Origin: Acidimicrobiia bacterium
GTDB taxonomy: Bacteria; Actinomycetota; Acidimicrobiia; IMCC26256; PALSA-555
Assembly (NCBI GenBank): GCA_040881685.1
Contig: JBBECS010000017.1
Location: 52,957-116,956 of the forward strand
Reading direction: 5' to 3'
Length of the DNA stretch: 64,000 nt
Positions within the stretch are counted from its first letter, which is position 1, and each line of letters starts with the position of its first letter. The position numbers were made by a program, and so were the translations under genes. Below, piece by piece: positions 1 to 13,647 of the stretch. A model generated the notes under the pieces. That model had not been told where the DNA came from. It made no database searches and saw only the letters and a program-made list of their open reading frames with translations.

Positions 1-1914
1 GCGACTCGCGGCGTCGAGATCGGCCTCGGGTGGCATGCCACCGTCGAACCCGTGGACCGCCGCGGCCCACTCGGAGCCGCCGAGCTCGGCGCGCGTCGCG
101 CCGAGAACGACCAGGTGCTCGCGCTCGACGGTCCGCGGCAGGGGCGGCACATCGGACTGCTCCGCGAGGCCGACGACCGCCACGACCGGTGTGGGGTCGA
201 TGTCGGCGCCGCGCGACTCGTTGTAGAAGCTGACGTTGCCGCCGATCACCGGGATACTGAGGGCTTCGCAGGCTTCGCTGATGCCCTCGACGACCTCCTC
301 GAACTGCCACATCACCGCGGCGTGCTCGGGGTTGCCGAAGTTCAGGCAGTTCACCAGCGCGCGCGGTTCGGCGCCCGCGCAGGCCACGTTGCGCGCCGAC
401 TCGAGCACGACCAAACGACCACCGGTTCGGGGGTCGAGTCGGCAGAACCGACCTTTGCCGTCGGTGGCCAGCGCAAGGGAGCGCGTCGTGCCCTTGAGGC
501 GAAGGACCGCCGCGTCAGCCCCGGGACCCACCACGGTGTTGAGGAAGAGCTGGTGGTCGTACTGGCGCCACACCCACGACTTGTCGGCGATCGTCGGCGT
601 CGCGAGCAGCGCGAGCAGCTCGTCGGAAAGGTCGGTGCCCGCGCCGAAGCGCCCCGCGAGCTCGGGCCAAGGATTGGACGCGTTCAGCGCGCGTTGCTCC
701 GCCGGTGGCTCGAGTGGTCGCGTGTAGACCGGTCCGTCGCCGAGGCTGTCGCACGGAACGTCGGCGATCGGCGCGCGATCGGAAGAGACAGGAGGAGGCT
801 GGTCGCCGCGCGGCGGCAAGGGGTTGGCTCCGGGAACGCCGATCGCGTCGAAGACGCCATCGAACACGCGAAAGCGTCCGTTGTCGGTCACGCGCCCGGC
901 AACCGTCGCTCTGATCTCCCAGCGTTCGCACAACGCCATGACCTCGTCGAGGCGACTCGGCTCGATGATCGCCAGCATTCGCTCCTGGCTCTCGGACGTC
1001 ATGACCTCGACCGGGTTCATGCCCGGCTCGCGCCGCGCGATGCGCGCGACATCAACGTCCATCCCCGCGCCGGCGTTGGCCGCGGTCTCAGACGCCGCGC
1101 ACGACAGCCCCGCCGCGCCGAGGTCCTGCACGCCGACCGCCAGGCCCGCATCGAGCAGCGCGAGGCAGGCCTCGATGAGGCGCTTCTCCTCGAACGGGTC
1201 ACCGACCTGCACCGATGGTCGCTTCGCCTCGGATCCCTCTTCAAAGCCCGCGGACGCGAGCACGCTCGCGCCGCCGATCCCGTCGCGGCCGGTCGACGAC
1301 CCGAGCAGCACCGCCAGGTTGCCCTCCCCCTCGGCGCGCGCGAGCACGAGCCTCTCCTTCGGGAGCAATCCGAGGCAGAAGACGTTCACGAGCGGGTTCT
1401 CGCGGTAGCAGTCGTCGAACACCACCTCGCCGCCGACGGTCGGTACGCCCACCGCATTGCCGTAGCCGCTGATGCCCGAGACGACACCCTCGAACAAGTA
1501 GCGCGTGCGAGCGTCGTCAAGCGGTCCGAAGCGCAGCGGGTCCATGAGCGCGATCGGGCGCGCGCCCATCGAGAACACGTCGCGGATGATGCCGCCGACG
1601 CCGGTCGCCGCGCCCTGGTACGGCTCCACCGCGGACGGGTGGTTGTGGCTCTCGATGCGGATGGCGACGGCGAGCCCGTCACCGACGTCGATCACCCCGG
1701 CACCCTCACCAGGACCGACGAGCACCCACGGGGCTTCCGTCGGGAACCGGCGCAGGTGCACCTTCGACGACTTGTACGAGCAGTGCTCGGACCACATGAC
1801 CGCGTACATGGCGAGCTCGAGCTCGGAAGGCGCACGACCCAGGAGCTGCTCGATGTCTCCGAACTCGTCGTCGGTGAGGCCCAGCTGCCGGTGGAGTGGC
1901 TGCGCAGGCGTCAC
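1..1914 (-). CDS. purL: phosphoribosylformylglycinamidine synthase subunit PurL, N-terminal 638 codons (3' end lies beyond window start)
   Basis: Own reverse-complement translation from GTG at 1914: [57 protein letters not shown]...[36 protein letters not shown]. Missing from the ORF track only because no stop falls in the window. The + ORF 52..2511 is mostly its antisense shadow. Confidence 0.9.
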   Translation of the reverse strand, partial: MTPAQPLHRQLGLTDDEFGDIEQLLGRAPSELELAMYAVMWSEHCSYKSSKVHLRRFPTEAPWVLVGPGEGAGVIDVGDGLAVAIRIESHNHPSAVEPYQGAATGVGGIIRDVFSMGARPIALMDPLRFGPLDDARTRYLFEGVVSGISGYGNAVGVPTVGGEVVFDDCYRENPLVNVFCLGLLPKERLVLARAEGEGNLAVLLGSSTGRDGIGGASVLASAGFEEGSEAKRPSVQVGDPFEEKRLIEACLALLDAGLAVGVQDLGAAGLSCAASETAANAGAGMDVDVARIARREPGMNPVEVMTSESQERMLAIIEPSRLDEVMALCERWEIRATVAGRVTDNGRFRVFDGVFDAIGVPGANPLPPRGDQPPPVSSDRAPIADVPCDSLGDGPVYTRPLEPPAEQRALNASNPWPELAGRFGAGTDLSDELLALLATPTIADKSWVWRQYDHQLFLNTVVGPGADAAVLRLKGTTRSLALATDGKGRFCRLDPRTGGRLVVLESARNVACAGAEPRALVNCLNFGNPEHAAVMWQFEEVVEGISEACEALSIPVIGGNVSFYNESRGADIDPTPVVAVVGLAEQSDVPPLPRTVEREHLVVLGATRAELGGSEWAAAVHGFDGGMPPEADLDAASR

Positions 1915-1984
1915 GCGGCGAGCCTACGCATCCGCTCTCGGCGCTCCGCGCCGGGCCGCACCTCTCTACCTCGGCGAACGGCTT

Positions 1985-2026
1985 GCCGCGCCGCAGGGTA
2001 CCTGCGGCGCCGTCGCTCGCCTCTGG
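1985..2026. repeat. GTA-centred GC-rich palindromic intergenic repeat, copy 1 (10-bp arms GCGCCGCAGG/CCTGCGGCGC around GTA, then CGTCGCTCGC tail)
   Basis: Perfect 10+3+10 palindrome at 1988..2010 containing GGTACC. About 42 nt align with 19071..19112 with a compensatory arm change. Confidence 0.7.
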
Positions 2027-2109
2027 TCTGCGGGTCGATTTACGGAAATGACTCGTGCCACAATTGGGAAAAGCGTGACTCCGCAATTGCGAACAAGGAT
2101 GTGTTCGAA

Positions 2110-2511
2110 ATGCCCCCCAAGGCGCTCACACCTCAGCACAAGCAAGCGATGGCCGCAGGCCGCAAAGAGGGGCAGGCCGTGAAGGCCTACCTCGACGCAC
2201 TCGAGCAGCACCGACCCCGCCGCGGCCGGCGCCGGACGACCGATTCCATCCAGAAGCGCCTCGTCGCGATCGACGCCGAGTTCAACGGCGCGTCGTCGCT
2301 CCATCGGCTCCAGCTCACCCAGGAGCGGCGTGACCTCAAGGCCGAGCTCGCGGCGATGGAAGCGGGAACAACGGCCGACGTCACGGCGCTCGAAGCCGGC
2401 TTCGTGCAGGTGGCGAACGGCTACGCGCAGCGCAAGGGGATCGCCTACGCGACCTGGCGTGATTTCGGCGTCTCCGCCGACGTGCTCAAGAAGGCCGGCA
2501 TCACGCGGTAG
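2110..2511 (+). CDS. hypothetical protein, 133 aa, basic/helical
   Basis: C-terminal in-frame part of ORF 52..2511 starting at ATG 2110 (MPPKALTPQHKQAMAAGRKEG...). Good GC3 codon bias, AAGGA upstream. Lies between purQ-side genes and purL on the opposite strand. Confidence 0.6.
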   Translation: MPPKALTPQHKQAMAAGRKEGQAVKAYLDALEQHRPRRGRRRTTDSIQKRLVAIDAEFNGASSLHRLQLTQERRDLKAELAAMEAGTTADVTALEAGFVQVANGYAQRKGIAYATWRDFGVSADVLKKAGITR

Positions 2512-2938
2512 AGATCGCCTGCATGAAGGTGGCGTTGACGCCCTTGGCGTCGGCGGCGTCGAGCTCGATCCGTCGGTCCGCGGTCATGAGCTCGATGCGG
2601 GCGTAGTCGGCGCTTCCATACGGATACGAGACCGCCACGCGCAGCTGGTCGCGGCTCCAGCCCTTGATGTCGTTCTTGAGCTCGGCGACGCCCCGTGCCG
2701 ACTTGTACGCGCACACGAACAGCTGCGTTGGCGTGACGACGAGCACGACCGTCGCGGGGAACCCTCCGGCACGGTCCTGCATGGCTTGCTTCTCTTGCTT
2801 CGTGAACTTCACGAGCTCTCGATCGGAGTCGCCGACGCCCGCCAAGTAGTCGGGCCAGTGCAGCTGACCGACGGCGACCGTGTCGGGATACATGGTGCGT
2901 GCCTGCTCGGACAGCTGCTCGTGAATCTCGTTCTGCAT
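2501..2938 (-). CDS. hypothetical protein, 145 aa, last gene of purC-purS-purQ transcription unit
   Basis: ORF 2501..3190; the N-terminal part overlaps purQ and looks like shadow sequence. Realistic protein starts at MQNEIHEQLSEQARTMYPD (ATG 2938), 20 nt after the purQ stop. Confidence 0.6.
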   Translation of the reverse strand: MQNEIHEQLSEQARTMYPDTVAVGQLHWPDYLAGVGDSDRELVKFTKQEKQAMQDRAGGFPATVVLVVTPTQLFVCAYKSARGVAELKNDIKGWSRDQLRVAVSYPYGSADYARIELMTADRRIELDAADAKGVNATFMQAISTA

Positions 2939-2957
2939 GCCCACGTGCTGTCCGTCG

Positions 2958-3641
2958 TCAGGCGGCAGCAGAGCGGGCAACCGCGGCGTCGAGCAGCGAC
3001 TGCAGCAGCACGACGCCGTCGGCCGAGCCGAGCACGAGGTCGCTCGCGCGCTCGGGGTGCGGCATGAGTCCGACCACGTTCCCGTGCTCGTTGGAGATCC
3101 CCGCGATGTCGTCGAGGGCGCCGTTCGGGTTGTGCACGTAGCGCAGCACGATGCGGTCATCGGCGCGCAGCCGCTCCAACGTCGCCTCATCGCAGATGTA
3201 GTTGCCCTCGAAGTGGTTGATGGGCAGGAGCAGGACCGTTCCCGGCGTCACGCCGGCCGTGAGCACGGATCGACGCGTCTCGACGCGGCACTCGACCGTC
3301 TCACACAGGAACTTCAGGCCCGCGTTCCTCTGGAGCGCACCCGGCAGCAGTCCGGCTTCGGTGAGCACCTGGAAGCCGTTGCACACTCCCACGACCGGTC
3401 CGCGTGCTGCCGCGTGCTCCGCGACCGCGGCCATCACGGGAGAGAACCTCGCGAGCGCGCCCGTGCGGAGGTAGTCGCCGTGCGCGAACCCGCCCGGCAC
3501 GACCACGGCGTCGGCGCCGCCGAGGCTCGTCTCGGTGTGGAACACGAGCTGGGGCGCGCCGCCCAGCTGCTCAATGGCATGAGCGACGTCGAGCTCGCAG
3601 TTCGTGCCGGGGAAGACCACGATGGCAACGCGAGCGCTCAT
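2958..3641 (-). CDS. purQ: phosphoribosylformylglycinamidine synthase subunit PurQ (glutaminase)
   Basis: MSARVAIVVFPGTNCELD...GVCNGFQVL...MPHPER motifs. ATG 3641 overlaps the purS stop (ATGA). Confidence 0.93.
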   Translation of the reverse strand: MSARVAIVVFPGTNCELDVAHAIEQLGGAPQLVFHTETSLGGADAVVVPGGFAHGDYLRTGALARFSPVMAAVAEHAAARGPVVGVCNGFQVLTEAGLLPGALQRNAGLKFLCETVECRVETRRSVLTAGVTPGTVLLLPINHFEGNYICDEATLERLRADDRIVLRYVHNPNGALDDIAGISNEHGNVVGLMPHPERASDLVLGSADGVVLLQSLLDAAVARSAAA

Positions 3642-3898
3642 GTGGCCGCGAGCTCCGTGATCTCCATCGCGTACGCCTCGATCACGGGGTTGGCGAGCAG
3701 CCGATCGCACATCTCCGCGACCTGATCGCGCGCACTGGCTGCGTCGGGCGCGTCGACCACGAGCCGGATCGACTTGCCGATCCGAACCTCCGAGACGTTC
3801 GTGTACCCGAGCGCCGGGAGGGCGCGCTCGACGGTCGCTCCTTGTGGGTCGGCGATGCCCGGGAGGTGCGTCACCTCGACGTGCGCTTCGAACCTCAT
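3638..3898 (-). CDS. purS: phosphoribosylformylglycinamidine synthase subunit PurS
   Basis: 86-aa MRFEAHVEVTHLPGIADPQGATVERALPALGY..., typical PurS size and sequence. Start overlaps the purC stop. Confidence 0.88.
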   Translation of the reverse strand: MRFEAHVEVTHLPGIADPQGATVERALPALGYTNVSEVRIGKSIRLVVDAPDAASARDQVAEMCDRLLANPVIEAYAMEITELAAT

Positions 3899-4779
3899 CC
3901 GGCCGCACCGTGCCATTCGGCGAAGCTCGTGCCAGTGAGCATCTCGTACGCCTCGACGTAGCGAGCGCGGGTGCCTTGGATCACGGCAGGCGGAAGCGCA
4001 GGCGCAGGCGCCTGCTTGTCCCAACCGATCTCCAGGTAGTGATCGCGCACGTACTGCTTGTCGAACGATGGCGGTGACGTACCCACTGCGTAGTCCTCGG
4101 CGGACCAGTAGCGCGAGGAGTCGGACGTCATCATCTCGTCGATGACCAGGAGCGCGCCGTCGATCGTGCCGAACTCGAGCTTGGTGTCGGCCAGGATCAG
4201 ACCCTGATCCGCGGCGTGGTCGACGCCGAACCCGTAGATCGCCAGCGTCGTCTCCCGCACCTGCTGGAACACGTCGTCGCCCACCAGCGCGGCGGCCTGC
4301 GCGTCGGTGAGCGCCTCGTCGTGGCCGGCCTCGGCCTTGGTCGTCGCCGTGAAGATCGGTGCGTCGAGTTGTTCGGCCTGGCGCAACCCCGAACGAAGCG
4401 CCGCTCCGTGCACGGTGCCGTTCGCGTCGTACTCGGACCAGGCCGATCCGAAGAGGTACCCGCGCGCGATGCACTCGAGCCGGATGGGGCGCGCGGCCCG
4501 CACGAGCATGGCCCGACCCCCGACCTCGGGACCCGCAGTCTCAGGAAAGTCGGTGGGGTCCGACGAGACCACATGATTCGGCCATTGATCCCCGGTGCGC
4601 TCGAACCAGAACGTCGACAGCCCGGTCAGCGCGCGCCCTTTGTCGGGGACCTCGTCACCGAGCACCACGTCGAACACCGAGATCCGGTCCGACGCGACCA
4701 TGAGCATTCGGTCGTGATCGACCTCGTAGAGGTCACGCACCTTGCCGGTGTACCGATGAGGGAGCGCGAGACGGGTCAC
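3895..4779 (-). CDS. purC: phosphoribosylaminoimidazole-succinocarboxamide (SAICAR) synthase
   Basis: YTGKVRDLYEVDHDRMLMVASDRISVFD... GTG 4779 overlaps the purB stop (GTGA). The upstream 25 codons of the ORF are Arg-rich shadow. Confidence 0.92.
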   Translation of the reverse strand: MTRLALPHRYTGKVRDLYEVDHDRMLMVASDRISVFDVVLGDEVPDKGRALTGLSTFWFERTGDQWPNHVVSSDPTDFPETAGPEVGGRAMLVRAARPIRLECIARGYLFGSAWSEYDANGTVHGAALRSGLRQAEQLDAPIFTATTKAEAGHDEALTDAQAAALVGDDVFQQVRETTLAIYGFGVDHAADQGLILADTKLEFGTIDGALLVIDEMMTSDSSRYWSAEDYAVGTSPPSFDKQYVRDHYLEIGWDKQAPAPALPPAVIQGTRARYVEAYEMLTGTSFAEWHGAAG

Positions 4780-6086
4780 GTCGGGGTACCCCCGTCGCCC
4801 AGCGCGTCGACCGACCGCCCGGCGTTCGCCAGCGCGTGGTCGAGGTCGAAGCATGCGGCCAGCCGATCGCCATCGAGCACCGAACTCACCTGCTTGTCTT
4901 CGCGCAGCACGTCGACGAACGGGCGGCGCTCCTCCCAGGTGCGCATGGCATTGCGCTGGACGATTCGGTACGCGTCGTCACGCGTCACGCCGGCTTCGAC
5001 GAGCGCCAGGAGCACCGGCTGGCTGAACACGAGGCCGTGCGACACGTCGAGGTTCTCGAGCATGCGCTCGGGGTGCACGACCATTCCCTCCACGATCGCA
5101 CGGAACTTCACGGCGACGTAATAGGCGAGCTGGAGCGAGTCGGGGAGCACGATCCGCTCCACCGACGAATGCGAGATGTCGCGCTCGTGCCACAGGGCGA
5201 TGTCCTCGAGTCCCGGTATCACGTTGGCGCGCAGCACACGGGCAAGCCCGCACATCTGCTCGCACTTCACCGGGTTGCGCTTGTGCGGCATCGCGCTCGA
5301 GCCCTTCTGCTTCCCGGCTCGGAACGGCTCCTCCACCTCGCCGACCTCGGTGCGCTGGAGATGACGGATCTCGAGCGCGAACGACTCCACTGCGGCCCCG
5401 ATCGATGCACACGCGTACAGCAGCTCGGAGTGCCGATCCCGCGCGAGCACCTGTGTGGCAGGGACAGGACGCAGCCCGAGGTGCTCACACACATAGGCTT
5501 CCACCTCGGGGGCCACGTTGGAGTAGGTGCCGACCGCGCCCGAGAGCTTGCCGACCGCGACCGCCTCGCGGGCTCGCGTGAGACGGGCGCGGTCACGACG
5601 CACCTGGAGCGCCCAGAGCGCGACCTTTGCCCCGAACGTGGTGGGTTCGGCGTGGATGCCGTGGGTCCGGCCGACCATCGGCGTGGCGCGATGCTCACCC
5701 GCTCGCTTCGCGATGGCTCCTTCGAGCCCTTCGAGGGCCTCGAGGAGCACATCGCACGCGCGCACGAGGGTGACGGAGAGCGCGGTGTCGACGACGTCGC
5801 TCGACGTGAGCCCGTGGTGCAACCACGTGCCGTCGGGGGCGCCGACCCGCTCCTGGACCACGTCGACGAAGGCAGCCACGTCGTGCTCGGTGACCTGCTC
5901 CCTGGCCTCGATCGCCGCGACATCGAATCCGGCCCGCTCACGGATGGCCGCCGCAGCTTCCGGCGGCACGACCCCGAGCTTCGCCTGAGCCTCGGCCGCG
6001 AGCACCTCGACCTCGAGCCAGGTGGCGTACCGGGCCTCGTCGGCGAACAGGTCCGCCATGGGAGATAAGGCGTAGCGGGCGATCAA
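4776..6086 (-). CDS. purB: adenylosuccinate lyase
   Basis: LIARYALSPMADLFADEARYATWLEVEV...SSAMPHKRNP signature. TTG 6086 chosen as start; ATG 6059 is an alternative. Confidence 0.92.
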   Translation of the reverse strand: MIARYALSPMADLFADEARYATWLEVEVLAAEAQAKLGVVPPEAAAAIRERAGFDVAAIEAREQVTEHDVAAFVDVVQERVGAPDGTWLHHGLTSSDVVDTALSVTLVRACDVLLEALEGLEGAIAKRAGEHRATPMVGRTHGIHAEPTTFGAKVALWALQVRRDRARLTRAREAVAVGKLSGAVGTYSNVAPEVEAYVCEHLGLRPVPATQVLARDRHSELLYACASIGAAVESFALEIRHLQRTEVGEVEEPFRAGKQKGSSAMPHKRNPVKCEQMCGLARVLRANVIPGLEDIALWHERDISHSSVERIVLPDSLQLAYYVAVKFRAIVEGMVVHPERMLENLDVSHGLVFSQPVLLALVEAGVTRDDAYRIVQRNAMRTWEERRPFVDVLREDKQVSSVLDGDRLAACFDLDHALANAGRSVDALGDGGTPT

Positions 6087-6187
6087 GGGCTGATCCCTCC
6101 CTGCCGACACTGTAGGGGCGACCGGTCGGCCCCGGGCGAGCTGTCGCGGGGCACGGCGACGATGCAAGACCGACGGGAGGCTACGGA

Positions 6188-6457
6188 GTGCAAGCGGAGG
6201 AGCGGGAAGCGACAGTCGGCCACGGTGCCGTGGTGGGCGCGTGCACGAACCACTTTGCTGCGCGCGCCGTCGGCAAGTGCGACGACTGCGGTGAGCTCTG
6301 GTGCTCGCATTGTCTCGTTCCGACCACCCGCAAGCGCCAGCCCACCCGCTGCATCACGTGCGCCCTGGTAGCCGCCGGCGTACGCGCCCCCGGTGGACGG
6401 CGCAACAACGTCACGAGCATGAGTCGGGCTCAGAAGCGCCCAACCAACCTCTTCTAG
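6188..6457 (+). CDS. small Cys/His-rich (zinc-ribbon-like) hypothetical protein, 89 aa
   Basis: GTG start with GGGAGG 6 nt upstream. Metal-ligand-like spacing CxxH...CxxC...CxxHC...CxxC. GC3-biased codons. Confidence 0.5.
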   Translation: MQAEEREATVGHGAVVGACTNHFAARAVGKCDDCGELWCSHCLVPTTRKRQPTRCITCALVAAGVRAPGGRRNNVTSMSRAQKRPTNLF

Positions 6458-6521
6458 GTCGCGCTCGCTTGGCGCCGGGAACCACCATTCCGGTCGACTC
6501 CGCAGGCTCCGTCTCATGGCT

Positions 6522-6544
6522 GACGAGTGGCGAAGCCACTCGTC
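6522..6544. terminator. candidate bidirectional terminator hairpin (GACGAGTGGC-GAA-GCCACTCGTC)
   Basis: Perfect 10-bp stem with GAA loop between convergent genes (6457 and 6607). No U tract. Confidence 0.4.
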
Positions 6545-6606
6545 GTCCGGCGCCACCCTTCGGGACGCTCGCCAGCGACTGGGAGCACCTCCGGTGCCGC
6601 CGTGTC

Positions 6607-7892
6607 TCATGTTGGAACCGCCGCGGCTGCGGCGATGTCGTGTCGGAAGTGCACTCCCGGCCAACTGATCTGCGCCGCGGCTCGATAGGCGCGATCGCGA
6701 GCCTCACTGAGGCTCTCGGCGGACGCGGTGACGTCGAGCACGCGGCCGCCATTCGTGACGAGGCGACCATCCGAAGCACGCGCGGTGCCCGCATGGAAGA
6801 GCACGACGCCGGGCAACCCGGACGCTTCGTCGAGTCCGTCGATCACATCCCCGGTGCGCGGGGACGCAGGGTAGCCCTCGGAGGCGAGGACCAACGTCAC
6901 CCACGATTCCGAGACGCATCGCACCTCGGGCAAGGCCTCGCCGCGTGCCGCGGCCAGGCAGAGCTCGCCCAGGTCGGTCTCCAGGCGCGGAACCACCACC
7001 TGGCATTCGGGGTCACCGAAACGCACGTTGTATTCAACGAGCTTTGGCCCGTCGACGGTGAGCATGAGGCCGGCGTAGAGAATCCCGCGGTACTCGAGCC
7101 CACGCGCCCTGAGCTCATGGAGCGTGGGTCGCACCGACCTGGACATGACCTCCTCCACGATGTCATCGCCCGCAATCGGAACCGGTGAGTACGCGCCCAT
7201 CCCGCCGGTGTTCGGTCCCGCGTCGTCATCGTGCACGCGCTTGAAGTCCTGGGCGGGGGCGAGCGGTACCGCGGCGTCAACGTCACCGTTGCACACCACC
7301 AGCAACGAGAGCTCGGGGCCCCGCATCCCTTCCTCGATCACAAGGGTGCGACCAGCGTCGCCGAACGCGTCGCCTGACAAGTAGGCGCGCACTGCATCGC
7401 GTGCCTCCGCGATCGATTCGGTGACGATCACGCCCTTGCCTGCGGCCAGGCCGTCGGTCTTGACCACATACAGACCGTCGAGCGACTCGAGGAAGACGAA
7501 CGCGGCGTCCTGATCAGCCGCTGAGAAGGTGCCGTGACGCGCGGTTGGAACGCCGGCGGCGGCGGCCACCTCCTTCATCCACGCCTTGGAGCCCTCGAGC
7601 TTGGCGGCCGCCGCGACCGGCCCAAATGCATGGCGCCCGCGTGCCTGCACCGCGTCGACGACGCCCCGAACGAGGGTGTCCTCGGATCCGGGGAGCACCA
7701 GGTCAGCGTCCACGTCGTCCGCGAGCCGCGCGACGGCAGCGGGGTCTTTGGGGTCGACCGGCAGGCAGCGCGCTACGCCTTCGATACCGGGGTTACCCGG
7801 CGTGGCGACGACTTCTTCCACGGAATCGCTGCGTGCGAGTGCCCAGCACAGCGCGTGCTCCCGCCCGCCACCGCCGACAACGAGGACGCGCA

Positions 7893-7893
<1 letters not shown>
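6607..7893 (-). CDS. purD: phosphoribosylamine--glycine ligase
   Basis: MRVLVVGGGGREHALCWAL... ATG 7893 overlaps the purA stop (TGATG). The track start 7896 is a TTG one codon upstream. Confidence 0.93.
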
Positions 7894-9269
<1,376 letters not shown>

Positions 9270-10451
9270 TCATTCGTTTCTGGCGCTCGCTCGGGCGCGA
9301 CGGATCATCACCGTGAGGTAGACGGCCCGAACCGCGAGTGACTCACGCAGCTCCTCGCGCAGATCCTGAAGGAACTCCTTCTGGTACGTCTCGTCGGAGA
9401 GCAGCGACACCGTGAACTGGAGGGCGGTGAACCCGGCAAGGAAGCCGGCCGCCTCGAGCAGCTCGGACGTCAGCGACAGGTCGGCACCGAACAAGCTGAA
9501 CGAGAGGAGCACATCGGGTGGCTCACCGATCCACACACGTGCGAGCTCGGTCGGAACGGTCAGCACGCCGAGCACGACGAGGAAACCGAACATCGCCGCG
9601 CCGACGATCAGCACGAGGATGGCTTCGCTCGCCATCACGACCAGACCGACGTTGAGCCATTCCTTCCTCGTCAAGCGCGGCGGTGACGCCGGACGCGCAG
9701 GGAGGCTCCGACGCAACGGCGCCGCGGGCGTCTTGCCGGCACGCGCCCGGATCGCCTGCCACGACTCGCCGTCGGAGAGCTCGCCCACCTGGCGCGGCAC
9801 GCGGATCGCGGCGAACCCGGTGGCAAGGACGAGGAAGAACGCGACCGCCACACCGATCAGCTCGGTCGGGAGCTCGTGGGCGATCTGGAACGGTTCGACC
9901 GTGTAGAAGACCACGATCACCACGAGGAGCAGCAAAGGAAGTGCGCGCATCAGCACTGCCGACACCGAGAGGATCTGGCGAGCGCCGTTCACAAGCGCCC
10001 AGCGCGACATCGGGATCAGTCCGTAGCTGGTCGTGACGTAGATCAGGAGCAGCAGCGCCAGGTTCGCTCCGCCGGTGACGAGCCCTGAGCGCCATTGACC
10101 GTCGGTCGCGATCGGTACCAGCGCTGGCAGCACCACGAACAACGCGACCTCGACGGGGCCGACGTCTTCCGGGCGAGCGAAGAGCGGACGATTACGGAGG
10201 CGGTTCGAGACCGCCCACACCGCGATCACCGCCATGAAGGCGGCAACGCTCACCAGCACACTGACCCACACCTCGAAGTCGGCGCTCGGTGCGTTGACCA
10301 CGACCTCGACCAGTGCGACGAGGGTCAGCAGTGGCGCCGCGCGGGTCCAGACGTCACGTGACGCGCTGTACCGGAAGATGAAGTGCGGGAGCCCTCGCCC
10401 GACGAACCACTGCTCGGTCGCTTCGATCGCGTCGCCCGAAGGACCCGCCAC
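9270..10451 (-). CDS. polytopic integral membrane protein, function unknown
   Basis: 393-aa ORF with many hydrophobic segments and a central Pro/Arg-rich loop. No family recognised. Confidence 0.65.
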   Translation of the reverse strand: MAGPSGDAIEATEQWFVGRGLPHFIFRYSASRDVWTRAAPLLTLVALVEVVVNAPSADFEVWVSVLVSVAAFMAVIAVWAVSNRLRNRPLFARPEDVGPVEVALFVVLPALVPIATDGQWRSGLVTGGANLALLLLIYVTTSYGLIPMSRWALVNGARQILSVSAVLMRALPLLLLVVIVVFYTVEPFQIAHELPTELIGVAVAFFLVLATGFAAIRVPRQVGELSDGESWQAIRARAGKTPAAPLRRSLPARPASPPRLTRKEWLNVGLVVMASEAILVLIVGAAMFGFLVVLGVLTVPTELARVWIGEPPDVLLSFSLFGADLSLTSELLEAAGFLAGFTALQFTVSLLSDETYQKEFLQDLREELRESLAVRAVYLTVMIRRARASARNE

Positions 10452-10474
10452 GGTCGAAGGCTACGCTCGGTGGC

Positions 10475-10987
10475 GTGTCGCGAGGTGGAGTCATCCTCGC
10501 GGTCGCGTTCACGCTGGCGCTCTCACCTGCGGCCGCGGCCGGGCAAGTGAACTCACAACCCGACGTGATGATCGTCGGCCGCGCCGGCGCGGTCCTCACC
10601 GGCGACGATCTCTACGGCAGCACGAATGTCGGGCAGCAGCGAAGCATGATCGTCGATGATCGGCTTGCCTTTTCGGTGCGCATCCAGAATGACGGCGCGG
10701 AATCTGACTCGTTCCTTGTGACCGTGCGCACCTCTGACGCCGGCTTCGAGGTCCGCTCTTTCCTCGGAAAGCGCGACGTGACCGCAGGTGCGCAGAATGG
10801 AACGCTCGAGCTTCGCCACGTACCGCCGGAAGCGGCCCGTCGTTTGCGGGTCGAGGTGACCGCGTCGACCGCCGCGTTTGGCGCGACACTCGAACTCGTC
10901 ATCACTGCTGCGGCCCCGCAGCCCGGTGAGACCCGGCCTGCCGACTCGGTCTACGTCGAGATCACGAACATCTCGACGCCGGAGTGA
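10475..10987 (+). CDS. secreted hypothetical protein (signal peptide)
   Basis: MSRGGVILAVAFTLALSPAAAAGQV signal-like N-terminus, beta-rich body. Stop abuts the clpB stop. Confidence 0.6.
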   Translation: MSRGGVILAVAFTLALSPAAAAGQVNSQPDVMIVGRAGAVLTGDDLYGSTNVGQQRSMIVDDRLAFSVRIQNDGAESDSFLVTVRTSDAGFEVRSFLGKRDVTAGAQNGTLELRHVPPEAARRLRVEVTASTAAFGATLELVITAAAPQPGETRPADSVYVEITNISTPE

Positions 10988-13561
<2,574 letters not shown>

Positions 13562-13588
13562 GCGAGCCTCATCTCGGACGTACGGTCT

Positions 13589-13613
13589 AAGTTGATAACA
13601 CCACCATCAACTT
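13589..13613. promoter_or_regulatory. HspR operator (HAIR-like inverted repeat) upstream of clpB
   Basis: AAGTTGAT-N9-ATCAACTT, i.e. TTGA-N11-TCAA, the spacing of the HAIR consensus CTTGAGT-N7-ACTCAAG. Lies 28 nt upstream of the clpB ATG. hspR is encoded in the window. Confidence 0.65.
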
Positions 13614-13647
13614 TGCCATTCCGTCTCCGGGGGGATTCCCGGTCGAA

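Noticed and set aside
52-2109. N-terminal ~686 codons of + ORF 52..2511
   Set aside because: It is antisense to purL, which I translated from the minus strand. Only the last 133 codons (from ATG 2110) look like a real protein.
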